This document shows, one piece after another, positions 63,651 to 64,000 of a stretch of 64,000 nt of DNA. Source of the stretch: a virus. The position numbers and the translations under genes were made by a program. Below the pieces are notes generated by a model. It saw only the letters and a program-made list of their open reading frames with translations. It made no database searches and was not told the origin of the DNA. The DNA lies in the IMG/VR virus record IMGVR_UViG_3300035034_000924, positions 1-64,000 of that record. One strand, written 5' to 3'. Positions within the stretch are counted from its first letter, which is position 1. Each line of letters starts with the position of its first letter.

Positions 63651-64000
63651 TGATAGAGGAAGTTGCAGCGGATCAGATCTACCCTGACGAGACCAACCCT
63701 CGAAAGAGTGACCCTACACGGATGCACCTACTGCAGCTTTCCATATCCAAGCTGGGGTTTATCCAACCGATATACTGTGCAAAGAACGGCATGATTCTTT
63801 CGGGCCACCAACGGTACAAAACCGGGAAGGCCCTAGGCTATGAAGCATTCCCTGTTGAGTATGTTGACCTGACCGAGAAAGATATCAAAGGCATAAACGT
63901 GATGTTCAACAGGGCGACCAACGACTTCACTGCTTTTGAGACCGGAGCAAGCTCTGCAGAAAAACTCGACATAGCTTCCCTCATGTCTATGGCAGACGAG
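63650..64000 (+). CDS. second ParB-like protein (partial, runs off the window)
   Basis: Manual translation MIEEVAADQIYPDETNPRK...KLGFIQPI...LSGHQR; TAATG coupling. Confidence 0.8.
   Translation, partial: MIEEVAADQIYPDETNPRKSDPTRMHLLQLSISKLGFIQPIYCAKNGMILSGHQRYKTGKALGYEAFPVEYVDLTEKDIKGINVMFNRATNDFTAFETGASSAEKLDIASLMSMADE

Noticed and set aside
1-64000. Stop-codon reassignment (TAG recoding)
   Set aside because: Large conserved genes are intact under the standard code and coding density is high; TAG-ATG junctions fit translational coupling.

Overview
The window is a 64-kb segment of a tailed dsDNA phage genome (Caudoviricetes). A long tape measure and no tail sheath point to siphovirus morphology, and an Rz/Rz1-like spanin pair suggests a Gram-negative host. 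Every credible gene is on the + strand. Layout: 1-12.5 kb, small mostly hypothetical genes (plus a 2OG-Fe(II) oxygenase, a peptidase M15-like protein, an HNH and an SNase-like nuclease); 12.5-38.3 kb, portal, XkdF-like protease, scaffold, major capsid, head-tail, tail tube, chaperones, tape measure, tail tip and tail fibre; 38.3-42 kb, a membrane PAS protein, an ethylene-receptor-like membrane protein and the lysis cassette; 42.3-46 kb, a Ycf46-like AAA+/DUF1257/DUF2997 module; 46-61.5 kb, replication and recombination (initiator with iterons, DnaB-like helicase, UDG-PolA with an intein, primase, SSB, SF2 helicase, RecA, Cas4-like, RuvC-like); 61.6-64 kb, a histone-H1-like protein and two ParB-like genes. 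No terminase, integrase, tRNA or CRISPR array was seen. Main findings: (1) the palindrome (T)TGCAAACGTTTGCA(A) occurs 19 times, about every 3.3 kb, inside genes in all three frames and between genes; (2) the PolA intein carries a complete HNH endonuclease gene overprinted in the +1 frame; (3) a kinase-less PAS protein and an ETR1-like Cu-binding sensor sit just upstream of the lysis genes; (4) more than 20 unrelated proteins carry Arg-rich terminal tags; (5) origin-like iterons have two distal copies flanking the replication module. All family calls come from motif recognition by eye; no database search was run.
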